64,000 nt of DNA, taken from Candidatus Poribacteria bacterium (GTDB lineage Bacteria; Poribacteria; WGA-4E; WGA-3G). Positions 48,233-58,379 of the stretch are shown piece after piece. Under the pieces are notes generated by a model, which saw nothing but the letters and a program-made list of their open reading frames with translations, had not been told where the DNA came from and ran no database searches. The DNA is taken from assembly GCA_965214095.1 (NCBI GenBank), contig OZ243938.1, positions 5,142,210 through 5,206,209 on the forward strand, in the 5' to 3' direction. Numbering within the stretch: position 1 is the stretch's first letter; every line of letters starts with the position of its first letter. A program made the position numbers and the translations under genes.

Positions 48233-51211
48233 ATGCCGACGTATACAGAAGAAAGATTTGAAGAACACATTGAAGCACACCTGAATCAGTCTGGATACAG
48301 TTCTTTACAATCTTCTGACTATGATAAATCCCGTTGTCTGATACCTAATGAGGTGGTGAAGTTTATTCAGAACACGCAATCGGAGGAGTATCAGAAACTG
48401 GAACGTCAATATGGTGCGGATACGTCTGTTAAACTGCTTGACCGTGTGAGTATACAGATTGAACGGCATGGGGTGCTGGACGTGCTGCGGAAAGGCATTA
48501 AAGATCGAGGGTGTTCCTTTGACTTGTCCTATCCGTATCCGTCAAGTGGTATGAACCCTGACCTTCAAAGCCTTTATGCTCAGAACCGTTTTTCGTTAGT
48601 TCGGCAGCTGCATTACTCACAGCAGAATGAGAATTCGTTGGATATAGTGTTGTTTCTCAACGGTCTACCGTTGGTCACAATGGAACTAAAAAACAGTCTC
48701 ACTGGACAGACGGTAGCGGATGCGGAGAAACAGTATCGGACAGATCGGGATCCGAAAGAACCGTTGTTAAAATTTAAGCGGTGTCTGGTGCATTTTGCGG
48801 TAGGCAATGAAAAGGTTTCCATGACAACGCAATTACAACGTGACAAAACACGGTTCTTCCCGTATAATAAGAATATTGAAAATCCCGTGAACCGTAAAGG
48901 ACACAAAACTGCATACTTGTGGGAAGACATCCTACAACCTGCTAATCTGATGACGTTAATCTACAACTTTATTCATGAGCAGGAGGTCACAGAGAAGGTC
49001 TACGATGACAAACTTGAAGCATTGAAAGATGAAAAGCATAATGTGCTTATCTTTCCGAGATACCATCAACTGGACGTAATTCGTCAATTAGAAAAGACGA
49101 TTGTGAAAGAAGGTGTTGGGCACAACTATCTCATTCAACACACGACAGGGAGTGGAAAGTCGAACTCAATCGCGTGGTTGGCGCATCTGTTAACACATCT
49201 CTACAGTGATAAAACCGAGACAAAACGCATTTTCGATTCTGTCATTGTTGTGACGGATCGGAAGGTGCTTGATAGCCAACTCCGTGAAACGATTAAGCAG
49301 TCAGAACAAGTTGAAGGGGTAGTGCATCCTGCAGATAAGAACTCAGCACAACTCAGAGGTTACCTTGAATCCGGTAAGAACATCATTATCTCAACGATTC
49401 AGAAGTTCAATTTTATTTCCGAGACGATAGGTGCGCTCAATAGTAAAACATTCGCGGTGATTATTGATGAAGTGCACTCGTCACAGACTGGTGAGTCTGC
49501 ACGAAACCTCAGAGCCTCGCTCTCAAGAGGAGTAGAGGAAGGGATAGAAGATAATGATCCCGACGAAGTAGAGTCAGACATAGATGCAAAAATTATTGCA
49601 GTTATGGAACAACGTAGAATGCAAGATCACATCTCCTATTTTGGTTTTAGTGGTACACCGAAGAACAAGACTTTAGAACTGTTTGGACGAAAAAATAAAG
49701 CAGATAGTTTTGTGCCGTTTCATGTCTATACCATGCAGCAGAGCATCGGCGAAGGTTTTACACTGGACGTGTTGCAGAACTACACGACATTTAAGCGTTA
49801 TTTTCAACTGGTAAAAAGTGTTCCTGAGGATAAAGAATACGAAAAATCTCGGACGTTGCGGGCATTAACCAGTTACGTTGATTTACAACCCCATAGTATT
49901 GAGATGAAAACCAAGATTATGTTGGAACACTTCACTGAAAACACAGCAAAGACTATACAAGGCAAGGGACGTGCAATGCTGATTACGCCTTCCCGATTGC
50001 ACTGCGTCAGATACAAGCAGGAGTTTGACAAACAGATGCGGGAGATGGCACTTCCTTATGAGTGTCTGGTGGCGTTCAGTGACACAGTGACCGACAAAGA
50101 TAGTGGCAAGGATTACACTGAAAACGGGATGAATATGTTGCCTCCAGGGGTTAAGACTGAGGATGCCTTCAAGGAACCGCAGTATCGTATTTTGATAGTT
50201 GCGAATAAATTTCAGACGGGTTATGATGAACCCTTATTACAGACGATGTATGTTGATAAGAAGTTAGAGGGGTTGCAATGTGTTCAGACACTGAGCCGGC
50301 TGAATCGCGTTACCTCCGGTAAGACAGATGTGCTGGTACTTGACTTTGTAAATGACCCAGAACAGGTGCAAGAAGCATTTCAACAATACTATGGGACCAC
50401 GATACTTGCAGAGGAAACAGACCCAAATAAGATATATGAACTACAAAGCCTGTTAGGCAGTTTTGAATTATATGATGAGGAGACCATTGAGAAATTCTGC
50501 AGTATTTTTTATAGTCCGAATAAACCTGACGAATTGCTGCAAGGAATCCTTGATGGTGTGGTTGAGAATTGGTCAGAACGTGAAGAAAATGAAAGAGAAG
50601 AGTTTCGTACTGCATTACAAAGTTATATCCGTCTTTATGGATATATTTCACAGTTGATTACTTTTAGCGAAGTGACGTGGGAGAAGTTATATATCTTTGG
50701 TCGCCACCTCAACAAGAAACTACCGAAGCGAGAACACACAAACCTACAAGGTCTCATTGAGTCTGTAGACCTAGATTCCTTTCGTGTGCAAAAGATCCAT
50801 GAAAATGTGGACATTTCACTTGACCCACGTAATAGTGAGATAGGAGGTATAGGCAGCCTTGTAGGAGGAATCAGAGAACGCGAACAGGATATTCTCTCCA
50901 ATATCATTAGCATGTTGAATGATGCCTATCAGACAGATTTTTCTGATCAAGATAAGGTTGATATCGCAGCGATTAACCAAAAGGTACAGGATAACGAAGA
51001 ACTACGGCAGGTGATTGAGGGAGATAATTCTCCAAGTAACAAAGAGTATAAGTTCAATGCGGTGATTGATGAAATTCTATTGGAATTTGTAAATAGCAGA
51101 ATAGAACTCTTTACAAAATTATCAAAACCAGAGATCAATGCTGATCTCAAGCAACATCTCTATCGAGTCTATCGTCAGCAGATGTCCTCCACCGCGCAAA
51201 GGAACAGTTAA
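48233..51211 (+). CDS. hsdR: Type I restriction endonuclease subunit R
   Basis: Motifs DIVLFLNGLP..TMELKN, Walker A HTTGSGKS, IIDEVHSSQ, GTPK and KFQTGYDEP. Confidence 0.95.
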   Translation: MPTYTEERFEEHIEAHLNQSGYSSLQSSDYDKSRCLIPNEVVKFIQNTQSEEYQKLERQYGADTSVKLLDRVSIQIERHGVLDVLRKGIKDRGCSFDLSYPYPSSGMNPDLQSLYAQNRFSLVRQLHYSQQNENSLDIVLFLNGLPLVTMELKNSLTGQTVADAEKQYRTDRDPKEPLLKFKRCLVHFAVGNEKVSMTTQLQRDKTRFFPYNKNIENPVNRKGHKTAYLWEDILQPANLMTLIYNFIHEQEVTEKVYDDKLEALKDEKHNVLIFPRYHQLDVIRQLEKTIVKEGVGHNYLIQHTTGSGKSNSIAWLAHLLTHLYSDKTETKRIFDSVIVVTDRKVLDSQLRETIKQSEQVEGVVHPADKNSAQLRGYLESGKNIIISTIQKFNFISETIGALNSKTFAVIIDEVHSSQTGESARNLRASLSRGVEEGIEDNDPDEVESDIDAKIIAVMEQRRMQDHISYFGFSGTPKNKTLELFGRKNKADSFVPFHVYTMQQSIGEGFTLDVLQNYTTFKRYFQLVKSVPEDKEYEKSRTLRALTSYVDLQPHSIEMKTKIMLEHFTENTAKTIQGKGRAMLITPSRLHCVRYKQEFDKQMREMALPYECLVAFSDTVTDKDSGKDYTENGMNMLPPGVKTEDAFKEPQYRILIVANKFQTGYDEPLLQTMYVDKKLEGLQCVQTLSRLNRVTSGKTDVLVLDFVNDPEQVQEAFQQYYGTTILAEETDPNKIYELQSLLGSFELYDEETIEKFCSIFYSPNKPDELLQGILDGVVENWSEREENEREEFRTALQSYIRLYGYISQLITFSEVTWEKLYIFGRHLNKKLPKREHTNLQGLIESVDLDSFRVQKIHENVDISLDPRNSEIGGIGSLVGGIREREQDILSNIISMLNDAYQTDFSDQDKVDIAAINQKVQDNEELRQVIEGDNSPSNKEYKFNAVIDEILLEFVNSRIELFTKLSKPEINADLKQHLYRVYRQQMSSTAQRNS

Positions 51212-51235
51212 GAAAGGCAGGAAACAGAAAATACT

Positions 51236-52450
51236 ATGCAACAAAATCCAACAAATATCCCTTTCTGGCGAGATGTTCGCGTTATTCAAGTATTATTACA
51301 AATTCTTTTTATGCTTGGTGTATTCGCGTTAGCAGGGATACTCTACGCAAATATGCTTGTAGGGTTAGACAATCTCGGCTTGAATCTCAAACTTGATTTT
51401 TTGAAAAATGAAGCTGGATTTGATATAACCGATAGTGCGATAGAATACGAACCCTCGGATACGTATTTGAAGGCGTTTTATGTCGGTGTGCTGAACACGC
51501 TAAGGGTTAGTTTGGTAGGAATCTTGTGTGCGACAGTACTTGGTCTGTTTTTTGGGATTTCTCGTTTATCAACCAATTGGTTGGTACGAAACATTGCGGC
51601 TACATATATTGAGATTTTTCGTAATGTGCCGCTCTTGCTTCAGATATTGTTTTGGTTTACCGTATTCGGTGCACTGCCTTCAGCGCGCGATAGCATTGGA
51701 CTCTTCAACACAGTCTTCATCAATGACCGATCGATATATTTTCCCGCTATTCAACAGACAGCAGGATTCAGTAGTTGGATTGGGTATCTTTATGCTGCAG
51801 CTATTTTGTCAGTTATCTCTATATTTGTCTTGGCATTTATTTTCCATCGCAACCAGGTGCAAAGGATGGAAGAAGGAGTTGACAACGGATATTTTAAGCA
51901 TATATCCAGAGCCGCGAAGTGGAGTGCTGCCCCTGTTTTCTTGATAGTCGCTATCATAGGCTGGATTTTTGCACCAGAGAGTCCATTCGTATTGGCACCT
52001 GCGGAATTTCAGAGGTTCAATTTCGTTGGCGGGGTACGTTTTTCGGCACAATTCATTTCTCTACTAATTGGGTTAAGTGTTTATACCAGTGCCTTTATTG
52101 CTGAAGTGGTCAGAAGTGGTATACAAGCAGTATCAAAAGGACAACGGGAAGCAGCGCGGGCAGTTGGTCTGAGTGTGGGACAGACGTTACGTCTAATCAT
52201 TTTACCACAAGCAATTCCAATTATTATTCCACCACTTACAAGTCAGTATCTCAACCTTGCTAAGAACTCGAGTTTGGCAACAGCAGCGGGTTATGACGAC
52301 CTATTTCGTATTGGAAATACTATTTTGACTCAAGCTGGAAAAGCGATCCCAGTTTTTGCGATGGTCATGGTAAGTTACCTGACAATGAGTCTCACAACAT
52401 CAGCAGCAATGAATTGGTATAACAGTTGGGTTAGCCGTTTTAACCGGTGA
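51236..52450 (+). CDS. aapQ: Amino acid ABC transporter permease
   Basis: Motifs PFWRD.R, GVLNTL, EIFRNVPLLLQ, AFIAEVVRSGI and YLNLAKNSSLA. Confidence 0.92.
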   Translation: MQQNPTNIPFWRDVRVIQVLLQILFMLGVFALAGILYANMLVGLDNLGLNLKLDFLKNEAGFDITDSAIEYEPSDTYLKAFYVGVLNTLRVSLVGILCATVLGLFFGISRLSTNWLVRNIAATYIEIFRNVPLLLQILFWFTVFGALPSARDSIGLFNTVFINDRSIYFPAIQQTAGFSSWIGYLYAAAILSVISIFVLAFIFHRNQVQRMEEGVDNGYFKHISRAAKWSAAPVFLIVAIIGWIFAPESPFVLAPAEFQRFNFVGGVRFSAQFISLLIGLSVYTSAFIAEVVRSGIQAVSKGQREAARAVGLSVGQTLRLIILPQAIPIIIPPLTSQYLNLAKNSSLATAAGYDDLFRIGNTILTQAGKAIPVFAMVMVSYLTMSLTTSAAMNWYNSWVSRFNR

Positions 52451-52480
52451 TTCATAGCAGTCTTGTATCTCCTATGAACG

Positions 52481-52583
52481 AACAGTGAATTATAAATATA
52501 AGTTGACACTTTTGACCCACGGTAGGCGAGGTTTCCTAACCTCGCAGATACAGAGTGTTCAAGTAATTTCAAAATCTACTATA
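52481..52583. repeat. MITE-like family B
   Basis: Near-identical to 2632-2734. Confidence 0.8.
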
Positions 52584-52612
52584 ATACATTCTAAGACAAA
52601 GGACATCATAAA

Positions 52613-53860
52613 GTGGAAGAACAAGTAGATATTCAACAAATTAAACCACCAACTTATGCGAAGGGACCTGTAGGGTGGCTTAGAGACAATCTGTTTAATT
52701 CTTGGTTTAACACAATTCTAACTTGTGTTGCCTTGTTGTTTCTCTATTTTGTCTTTAAGGGACTATTAACATGGGCATTCACAGAAGCAGAATGGGCTGT
52801 TATTCCTGCGAACCTACAACTTTTTATTATCGGAACCTATCCACGGGATCAAGTCTATCGTATATGGATTTGCCTCTATTTATTGACAGTACTCTTAGGT
52901 TTGAGTGCAGGCGTTTGGGGTGGGATAGTTCAACGATGGACATTTATTGTTGGTAGTATTTTTCTTATATTTCTGGTTATACCTTTTGAGATTGTTCAAC
53001 GGCAAGATAGTGATATGGTTTCAATTGAATTTAGGTTTAACTTGATCTGGCTAATCTTTGAGTCACGAAGATGGCTATTAGGTAATATAGCATTGCTGAT
53101 AGGTGCATTTTTTCTTGGACAGCGTATTACCAGTATGCGTCCTTGGATATTCGCTGGATGGGTGCTTTCGTTTCCGATAATCATGATTGTACTACACGGT
53201 TTCGGAGAAAGTGCTGTTCAGACAAGTAGGTGGGGTGGATTAATGCTCACATTAATTCTCGCTGTCGTGGGAATTGTCGTTTCATTTCCACTTGGTGTGT
53301 TATTAGCACTCTGTAGGCAGAGCAAACTTCCAGCTATCAAATGGGTATCAGTATTTTATATTGAAACGGTGCGTGGTGTACCGTTGATAACAATTTTATT
53401 GATGGGAAGTGTCTTGATAACCATCTTTATACCTTATTTTACTATAGACCAAGTTATAAGGATGATGATATGTATAACTTTATTTTCTGCTGCATACATG
53501 GCAGAGAACGTCCGCGGTGGTCTCCAGTCGATCCCCAGAGGACAACATGAGGCTGCTCAGGCTGTAGGACTCAACTACGTTCAGAGTATGCTGTTTATTG
53601 TCTTACCACAGGCATTACGTTCTGTCATCCCAGCAATTGTTGGACAATTTATAGCACTTTTTAAGGATACATCTTTAGTGTATATCGTTGGTCTCATTGA
53701 ACTGTTAGGTATAGCAAAAACCGTTATTGCAAATCCTTCTTGGTTAGGACTTCACGTTGAAGTCTATTTATTCATCGCCTTTATTTACTTTATTTTTTGT
53801 TTTGCAATGTCTAAAATCAGTCAGGAAATTGAAACATCACTTGGTGTCGGAAAAGCTTAG
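52613..53860 (+). CDS. aapM: Amino acid ABC transporter permease
   Basis: Motifs WLRDNLFNSW, WGGLMLT, RGVPLI, AYMAENVRGGLQ and FKDTSLV. Confidence 0.92.
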   Translation: MEEQVDIQQIKPPTYAKGPVGWLRDNLFNSWFNTILTCVALLFLYFVFKGLLTWAFTEAEWAVIPANLQLFIIGTYPRDQVYRIWICLYLLTVLLGLSAGVWGGIVQRWTFIVGSIFLIFLVIPFEIVQRQDSDMVSIEFRFNLIWLIFESRRWLLGNIALLIGAFFLGQRITSMRPWIFAGWVLSFPIIMIVLHGFGESAVQTSRWGGLMLTLILAVVGIVVSFPLGVLLALCRQSKLPAIKWVSVFYIETVRGVPLITILLMGSVLITIFIPYFTIDQVIRMMICITLFSAAYMAENVRGGLQSIPRGQHEAAQAVGLNYVQSMLFIVLPQALRSVIPAIVGQFIALFKDTSLVYIVGLIELLGIAKTVIANPSWLGLHVEVYLFIAFIYFIFCFAMSKISQEIETSLGVGKA

Positions 53861-53896
53861 CATTCTATACAAAGTGTGCGTTTAAAGGAAATTGAA

Positions 53897-54658
53897 ATGA
53901 CTCAGAATGAAAATGTAACGAATGACCCAATTATTATATGTGAAGATGTGCACAAATGGTTTGACGATTTCCATGTTCTCAAAGGGATTACCACGTCTTT
54001 CAAAAAAGGTGAAAAGGCGGTTATATGTGGTCCATCAGGATCGGGAAAATCTACATTTATTCGCACCATCAATCGCCTTGAAGAGCATCAACGCGGGACA
54101 ATTGTTGTTGATGGTATTGAACTCACGAATGACCTCCGTAATATCAATCTCATCCGTCAGGAAGTCGGTATGGTGTTCCAGCAGTTTAATCTATTTCCAC
54201 ATTTGTCGAACATAAAGAATATATCTTTAGGTCCTATGAAAGTGAGAAAACTGTCAAAACGTCAGGCAGAAGAAGAAGCATTAGCATTGCTTGAACGGAT
54301 GGGTATTGCCGATCAGGCGTATAAATATCCATCAGAAATTTCTGGTGGTCAGCAGCAGCGTGTTGCTATTGCGAGGGCATTGGCAATGGAACCCAAGATA
54401 ATGCTTTTTGATGAACCGACGAGTGCACTTGATCCGGAGATGATCTCTGAAGTGTTAGACGTGATGAGGGAACTTGCTCATTCAGGTATGACGATGTTGG
54501 TTGTTACGCATGAGATGGGATTTGCCCGAGAAGTGGCGGATCGGGTCATGTTCTTTGATGAAGGTGTGGTTGTAGAGGAGGCAGTACCTGCTGATTTCTT
54601 TGATAACCCACAGCATGAGCGCACAAAACTTTTTATATCGCAGACGTTGCAGCATTAG
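53897..54658 (+). CDS. aapP: Amino acid ABC transporter ATP-binding protein
   Basis: Motifs [33 protein letters not shown] and [10 protein letters not shown]. Confidence 0.94.
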   Translation: MTQNENVTNDPIIICEDVHKWFDDFHVLKGITTSFKKGEKAVICGPSGSGKSTFIRTINRLEEHQRGTIVVDGIELTNDLRNINLIRQEVGMVFQQFNLFPHLSNIKNISLGPMKVRKLSKRQAEEEALALLERMGIADQAYKYPSEISGGQQQRVAIARALAMEPKIMLFDEPTSALDPEMISEVLDVMRELAHSGMTMLVVTHEMGFAREVADRVMFFDEGVVVEEAVPADFFDNPQHERTKLFISQTLQH

Positions 54659-54680
54659 GATATTAGTATGGTGAACCTTT

Positions 54681-55439
54681 ATGCGGTTAAAAGATAAAGT
54701 AGCCATTGTCACTGGAGCAGGACGCGGTATCGGTAAAGCCATCGCTATACGGTTTGCCGAAGAAGGTGCTAAAGTTGTTGTTGATGATGTTAACGATGAC
54801 ATCGGCACAGCGACCGTTGATGCTATCACTGATGCAGGCGGTGAGGCACTATTTGTAAATGCTGATGTGTCTGATGCTAAAAAAGCAGGCGAACTCATTT
54901 CTAAAGCGGTTGATGTTTATGGAACAGTTGACATCCTTGTCAACAATGCAATCTGTTCAACTGAAGATGTCTTGAACAACAACTGGGAAGCAAACCTATC
55001 AGTTGCACTTCAAGGCACGAGTCATTGTAGTAACGCTGTGATACCAATTATGCAACAGGCAGGTGGTGGCAGCATCGTCAACATTGCATCTGTCAATGGA
55101 CTCATCGGGTTGCAAGGAATTCACGCGTATTCTGCTGCGAAGGGTGGCGTTATTGCATTAACTCGCTCTATGGCAGTAGCACACGGTAAAGACAATATCC
55201 GTATCAACTGTATCTGTCCCGGCACCGTGCAAACTGAAGTGTGGGAACCGATGATTGAACGAAATCCGAATATATTGGACGAAATCACGCCTTGGTATCC
55301 GTTGGGACGTATTGGAACACCTATAGACATTGCGAATGCTGCACTATTCCTTGCATCCGATGAAGCAAGTTTTGCGACTGGCGCAGTTTTTGTGATTGAT
55401 GGTGGGTTGACTGCTGGCAATCATCAGTTTCCGATTTAA
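54681..55439 (+). CDS. Short-chain dehydrogenase/reductase
   Basis: Motifs TGAGRGIG, NNA and YSAAK. Confidence 0.93.
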   Translation: MRLKDKVAIVTGAGRGIGKAIAIRFAEEGAKVVVDDVNDDIGTATVDAITDAGGEALFVNADVSDAKKAGELISKAVDVYGTVDILVNNAICSTEDVLNNNWEANLSVALQGTSHCSNAVIPIMQQAGGGSIVNIASVNGLIGLQGIHAYSAAKGGVIALTRSMAVAHGKDNIRINCICPGTVQTEVWEPMIERNPNILDEITPWYPLGRIGTPIDIANAALFLASDEASFATGAVFVIDGGLTAGNHQFPI

Positions 55440-55463
55440 TGACCGTGGACATATAAAGACATT

Positions 55464-55566
55464 TATAGTGAATTATAAATATAATTTGACACTTTCGCCC
55501 CACGGTAGGCGAGGTTTCCTAACCTCGCCAATGCAGAGTGTTCAAGTAATTTCAAAATCTACTATA
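55464..55566. repeat. MITE-like family B
   Basis: Near-identical to 2632-2734. Confidence 0.8.
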
Positions 55567-55592
55567 ATATCAAATGCACAAGGAGGAACACA

Positions 55593-56444
55593 ATGGCAAC
55601 ACAAGAACAAGTTGACTTTTTTCAGGAGAACGGATATCTAAAGTTTGGCAAAGTTTTAGATAGTGATGGCGTTGAAGTCATGCGCGATGGATTGGATGCA
55701 ATCATAGAATTGGAACTCAACGAAGGCGACGATTCATCACCAGAATTCAAATATGGGCATGACCGAAAAGGAGAGGAACTCAATAGAGGTAGAGGACATC
55801 CGCGTGCAATCCATCAATTTGTGAATATGTGGAAGCGCGAGGCAAGTTATGAGGCAGCCATCCATAATCCGCTAATTGCAGGAACAGCGCGAGCATTATT
55901 GGAAACACCCGAAGTGCGACTCTGGCATGATCAAGTCATTTCCAAACCACCACAAGATAACGGACATTTCGGATTTCATCACGATTTCTTCTTTTGGCCC
56001 CTCAGTCCTCCGAATATCGTGAGTTGTTGGTTGGCATTGGATGATGCTACGGTAGACAGCGGCTGCATGCACGTCATGCCGAAAAGCCACAAAGACGAAC
56101 GTTTCTCAGTTGAAGCGAAAGCAGCGTTTGATGCTGAAACAGCAAAAGCACAAGAAGAAGGACGCGAACCGCCTCCGAATCCTTGGTCGGAAAGACGGAG
56201 TTTGGACATCAGCCACGGTACTCCGGTAGAATTAAAAGCAGGTGAATGTATGTTTCATCACTGCCTAAATTGGCACGGCACTCCACCGAATGTTACTGAT
56301 CATCAACGTCGTGCTTTTGTCATGATCTTTATGGCACAAGGTGTCCAATACAACAATGCACAATCCGCTGGACATGTCCTTGTTCCGACTATTGAGGTAG
56401 AAGATGGTGAACCGCTTGTTGGTGATGCATTTCCGGTAGCATAA
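55593..56444 (+). CDS. Phytanoyl-CoA dioxygenase (PhyH) family protein
   Basis: Motifs FQENGYL, FHHD, WLALDDAT..SGCM..MPKSH and WHGT.PN....RR. Confidence 0.9.
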   Translation: MATQEQVDFFQENGYLKFGKVLDSDGVEVMRDGLDAIIELELNEGDDSSPEFKYGHDRKGEELNRGRGHPRAIHQFVNMWKREASYEAAIHNPLIAGTARALLETPEVRLWHDQVISKPPQDNGHFGFHHDFFFWPLSPPNIVSCWLALDDATVDSGCMHVMPKSHKDERFSVEAKAAFDAETAKAQEEGREPPPNPWSERRSLDISHGTPVELKAGECMFHHCLNWHGTPPNVTDHQRRAFVMIFMAQGVQYNNAQSAGHVLVPTIEVEDGEPLVGDAFPVA

Positions 56445-56462
56445 TAAGATGTGGGAACTGAG

Positions 56463-57725
56463 ATGCAAGATTCAACGTTTATTAAAAGAGTCATTCTAAA
56501 GAACTATAAGAGTATTGCAGCATGTGATGTGCAGCTGCAGCCGTTGACGTTTCTCGTAGGTCGCAACGGTTCGGGGAAGAGTAACTTTCTTGATGCATTG
56601 CGGTTTGTTGCGGATGCCTTGAATACATCGCTTGACCATGCAGTACGTGCGCGTGGTGGTATTAACGATGTATGTAAACGATCTGACAGATCTTTATCTC
56701 AGTCAAATCATTTTAGCATTCATCTTGACTTCACCCTAAACGATGGATCTACCGGTTCGTACGCTTTCCAAATCGAGACACGTTTGACAAGGTATGTTGT
56801 ACGATCAGAAGACTGTAATATTCATATTCAGAACTCTAACACTCCTGATATTTACTTCAAAGTTGTTAATGGTAATGTGACAGACACAAGTGTTGATGTC
56901 GCACCTGCAGCTGCACGGGACCGTCTCTATTTAGTGAACGCTTCAGGCTTACCTGAATTTCGACCAGTATACGATGCATTGTCACAGATGGGGTTTTACA
57001 ATCTCAACCCTGACATAATCCGAGACCTACAAGACCCCGATTTAGGTGAAGTGTTGATAGAAGACGGAAGCAACTTAACCAGTGTTTTCAGCGAATTATC
57101 GTCTGAAGTAAAAACAGATATACAAGAATATCTACAATTGATTGTCCCTGGTGTACAAAGCGTAAATATAAGCAAGTTTGGACCGAAAGAAACATTGGAG
57201 TTCAGGCAATATGTAGCAGAGGACAAACGTCCCTGGCATTTTCTTGCGAACAGTATGTCTGATGGAACACTCCGTGTGTTGGGGATTTTGGTAGCTCTTT
57301 TTCAAGGAGATCAAAGCACACACAATCGCGTACCACTCGTAGGGATTGAGGAACCAGAAATCGCACTTCATCCTGCAGCATCAGGTGTTTTACTTGATGC
57401 ACTTCGGGATGCTGCGTACAAAAAACAGGTCATCATCACTACACACAGTCCAGATTTGCTTGATGATAAACATTTGGATGTGAACTCAATTCTCGCTGTC
57501 GAAGCGCATGACGGAAATACAATTGTTGCTCCAGTAGACAAAGTAGGTAAATCTGTCCTACATGATCAGTTGTGCACACCAGGTGAATATTTACGTCTTG
57601 ATCAATTTCAGTCTGATCTTACACAGATACCTAAAGGTCATGGTCCGATAGTGAGACAACTTGAACTAATTGATCCTAACGATAGCGATTCTGACAAAAT
57701 AAAGGAAAAAGGAACGCTTGAATGA
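56463..57725 (+). CDS. AAA_21 (ABC-type) ATPase
   Basis: NYKSI, Walker A GRNGSGKSN, MSDGTLR, IEEPE.ALHP and TTHSP. Confidence 0.9.
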   Translation: MQDSTFIKRVILKNYKSIAACDVQLQPLTFLVGRNGSGKSNFLDALRFVADALNTSLDHAVRARGGINDVCKRSDRSLSQSNHFSIHLDFTLNDGSTGSYAFQIETRLTRYVVRSEDCNIHIQNSNTPDIYFKVVNGNVTDTSVDVAPAAARDRLYLVNASGLPEFRPVYDALSQMGFYNLNPDIIRDLQDPDLGEVLIEDGSNLTSVFSELSSEVKTDIQEYLQLIVPGVQSVNISKFGPKETLEFRQYVAEDKRPWHFLANSMSDGTLRVLGILVALFQGDQSTHNRVPLVGIEEPEIALHPAASGVLLDALRDAAYKKQVIITTHSPDLLDDKHLDVNSILAVEAHDGNTIVAPVDKVGKSVLHDQLCTPGEYLRLDQFQSDLTQIPKGHGPIVRQLELIDPNDSDSDKIKEKGTLE

Positions 57726-58339
57726 AGGTCAATATAGGATGTGTTGTTGAGGGAAAAGGAGAGGTCAAAGCCGTGCCAATATTGATTCGACGCGTGGCAG
57801 CATTCCATTTTCCAGAACTCGACCTTGGTATACCGACTCCTATCCGATTTCCTAGAAATAAAGTGTCGCAGACAGGTAAACTTGAGCATGCAGTTGGAAT
57901 AGCAATCCGGAGCATAAACAAACAAGGTGCTATACTCATTATTTTTGACAGTGATGATGACTGCCCGGCAGAATTGGCACCAACATTACTACATCGGCTA
58001 TCACCAGTTTTTCACAATATACCGATTGCAGTTGTATTCGCTAAACATGAATTTGAGTCTTGGTTTCTTGCAGCGGCAGAATCCCTTCGTGGAAAGAGAG
58101 GATTAGAAAGGGATATTAGTCCTCCCGATAATCCTGAAATTATCCGTGGTGCAAAAGAATGGTTGCGTAGTAGAATGCAAAGAGGTAAGACATATAGTGA
58201 AACACGCGACCAACCCGCATTTGCAGCACAATTTGACCTTCAACAAGCACGGAAAGCAGACTCATTTGATAAATGCTACCGAGATATTGTTCGTCTCCTT
58301 GAGGAATTGCAAAGAGTTGATGACTCTACAAGTGAATAA
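57722..58339 (+). CDS. DUF4276-like (TOPRIM-like) protein
   Basis: Motifs VVEG.GE, DSDDDCP and EFESWFLA. ATGA overlap with the ATPase. Confidence 0.78.
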   Translation: MKVNIGCVVEGKGEVKAVPILIRRVAAFHFPELDLGIPTPIRFPRNKVSQTGKLEHAVGIAIRSINKQGAILIIFDSDDDCPAELAPTLLHRLSPVFHNIPIAVVFAKHEFESWFLAAAESLRGKRGLERDISPPDNPEIIRGAKEWLRSRMQRGKTYSETRDQPAFAAQFDLQQARKADSFDKCYRDIVRLLEELQRVDDSTSE

Positions 58340-58379
58340 ACATTTGACCAAATTTACTAACTAAAATGGAGAACATAAT

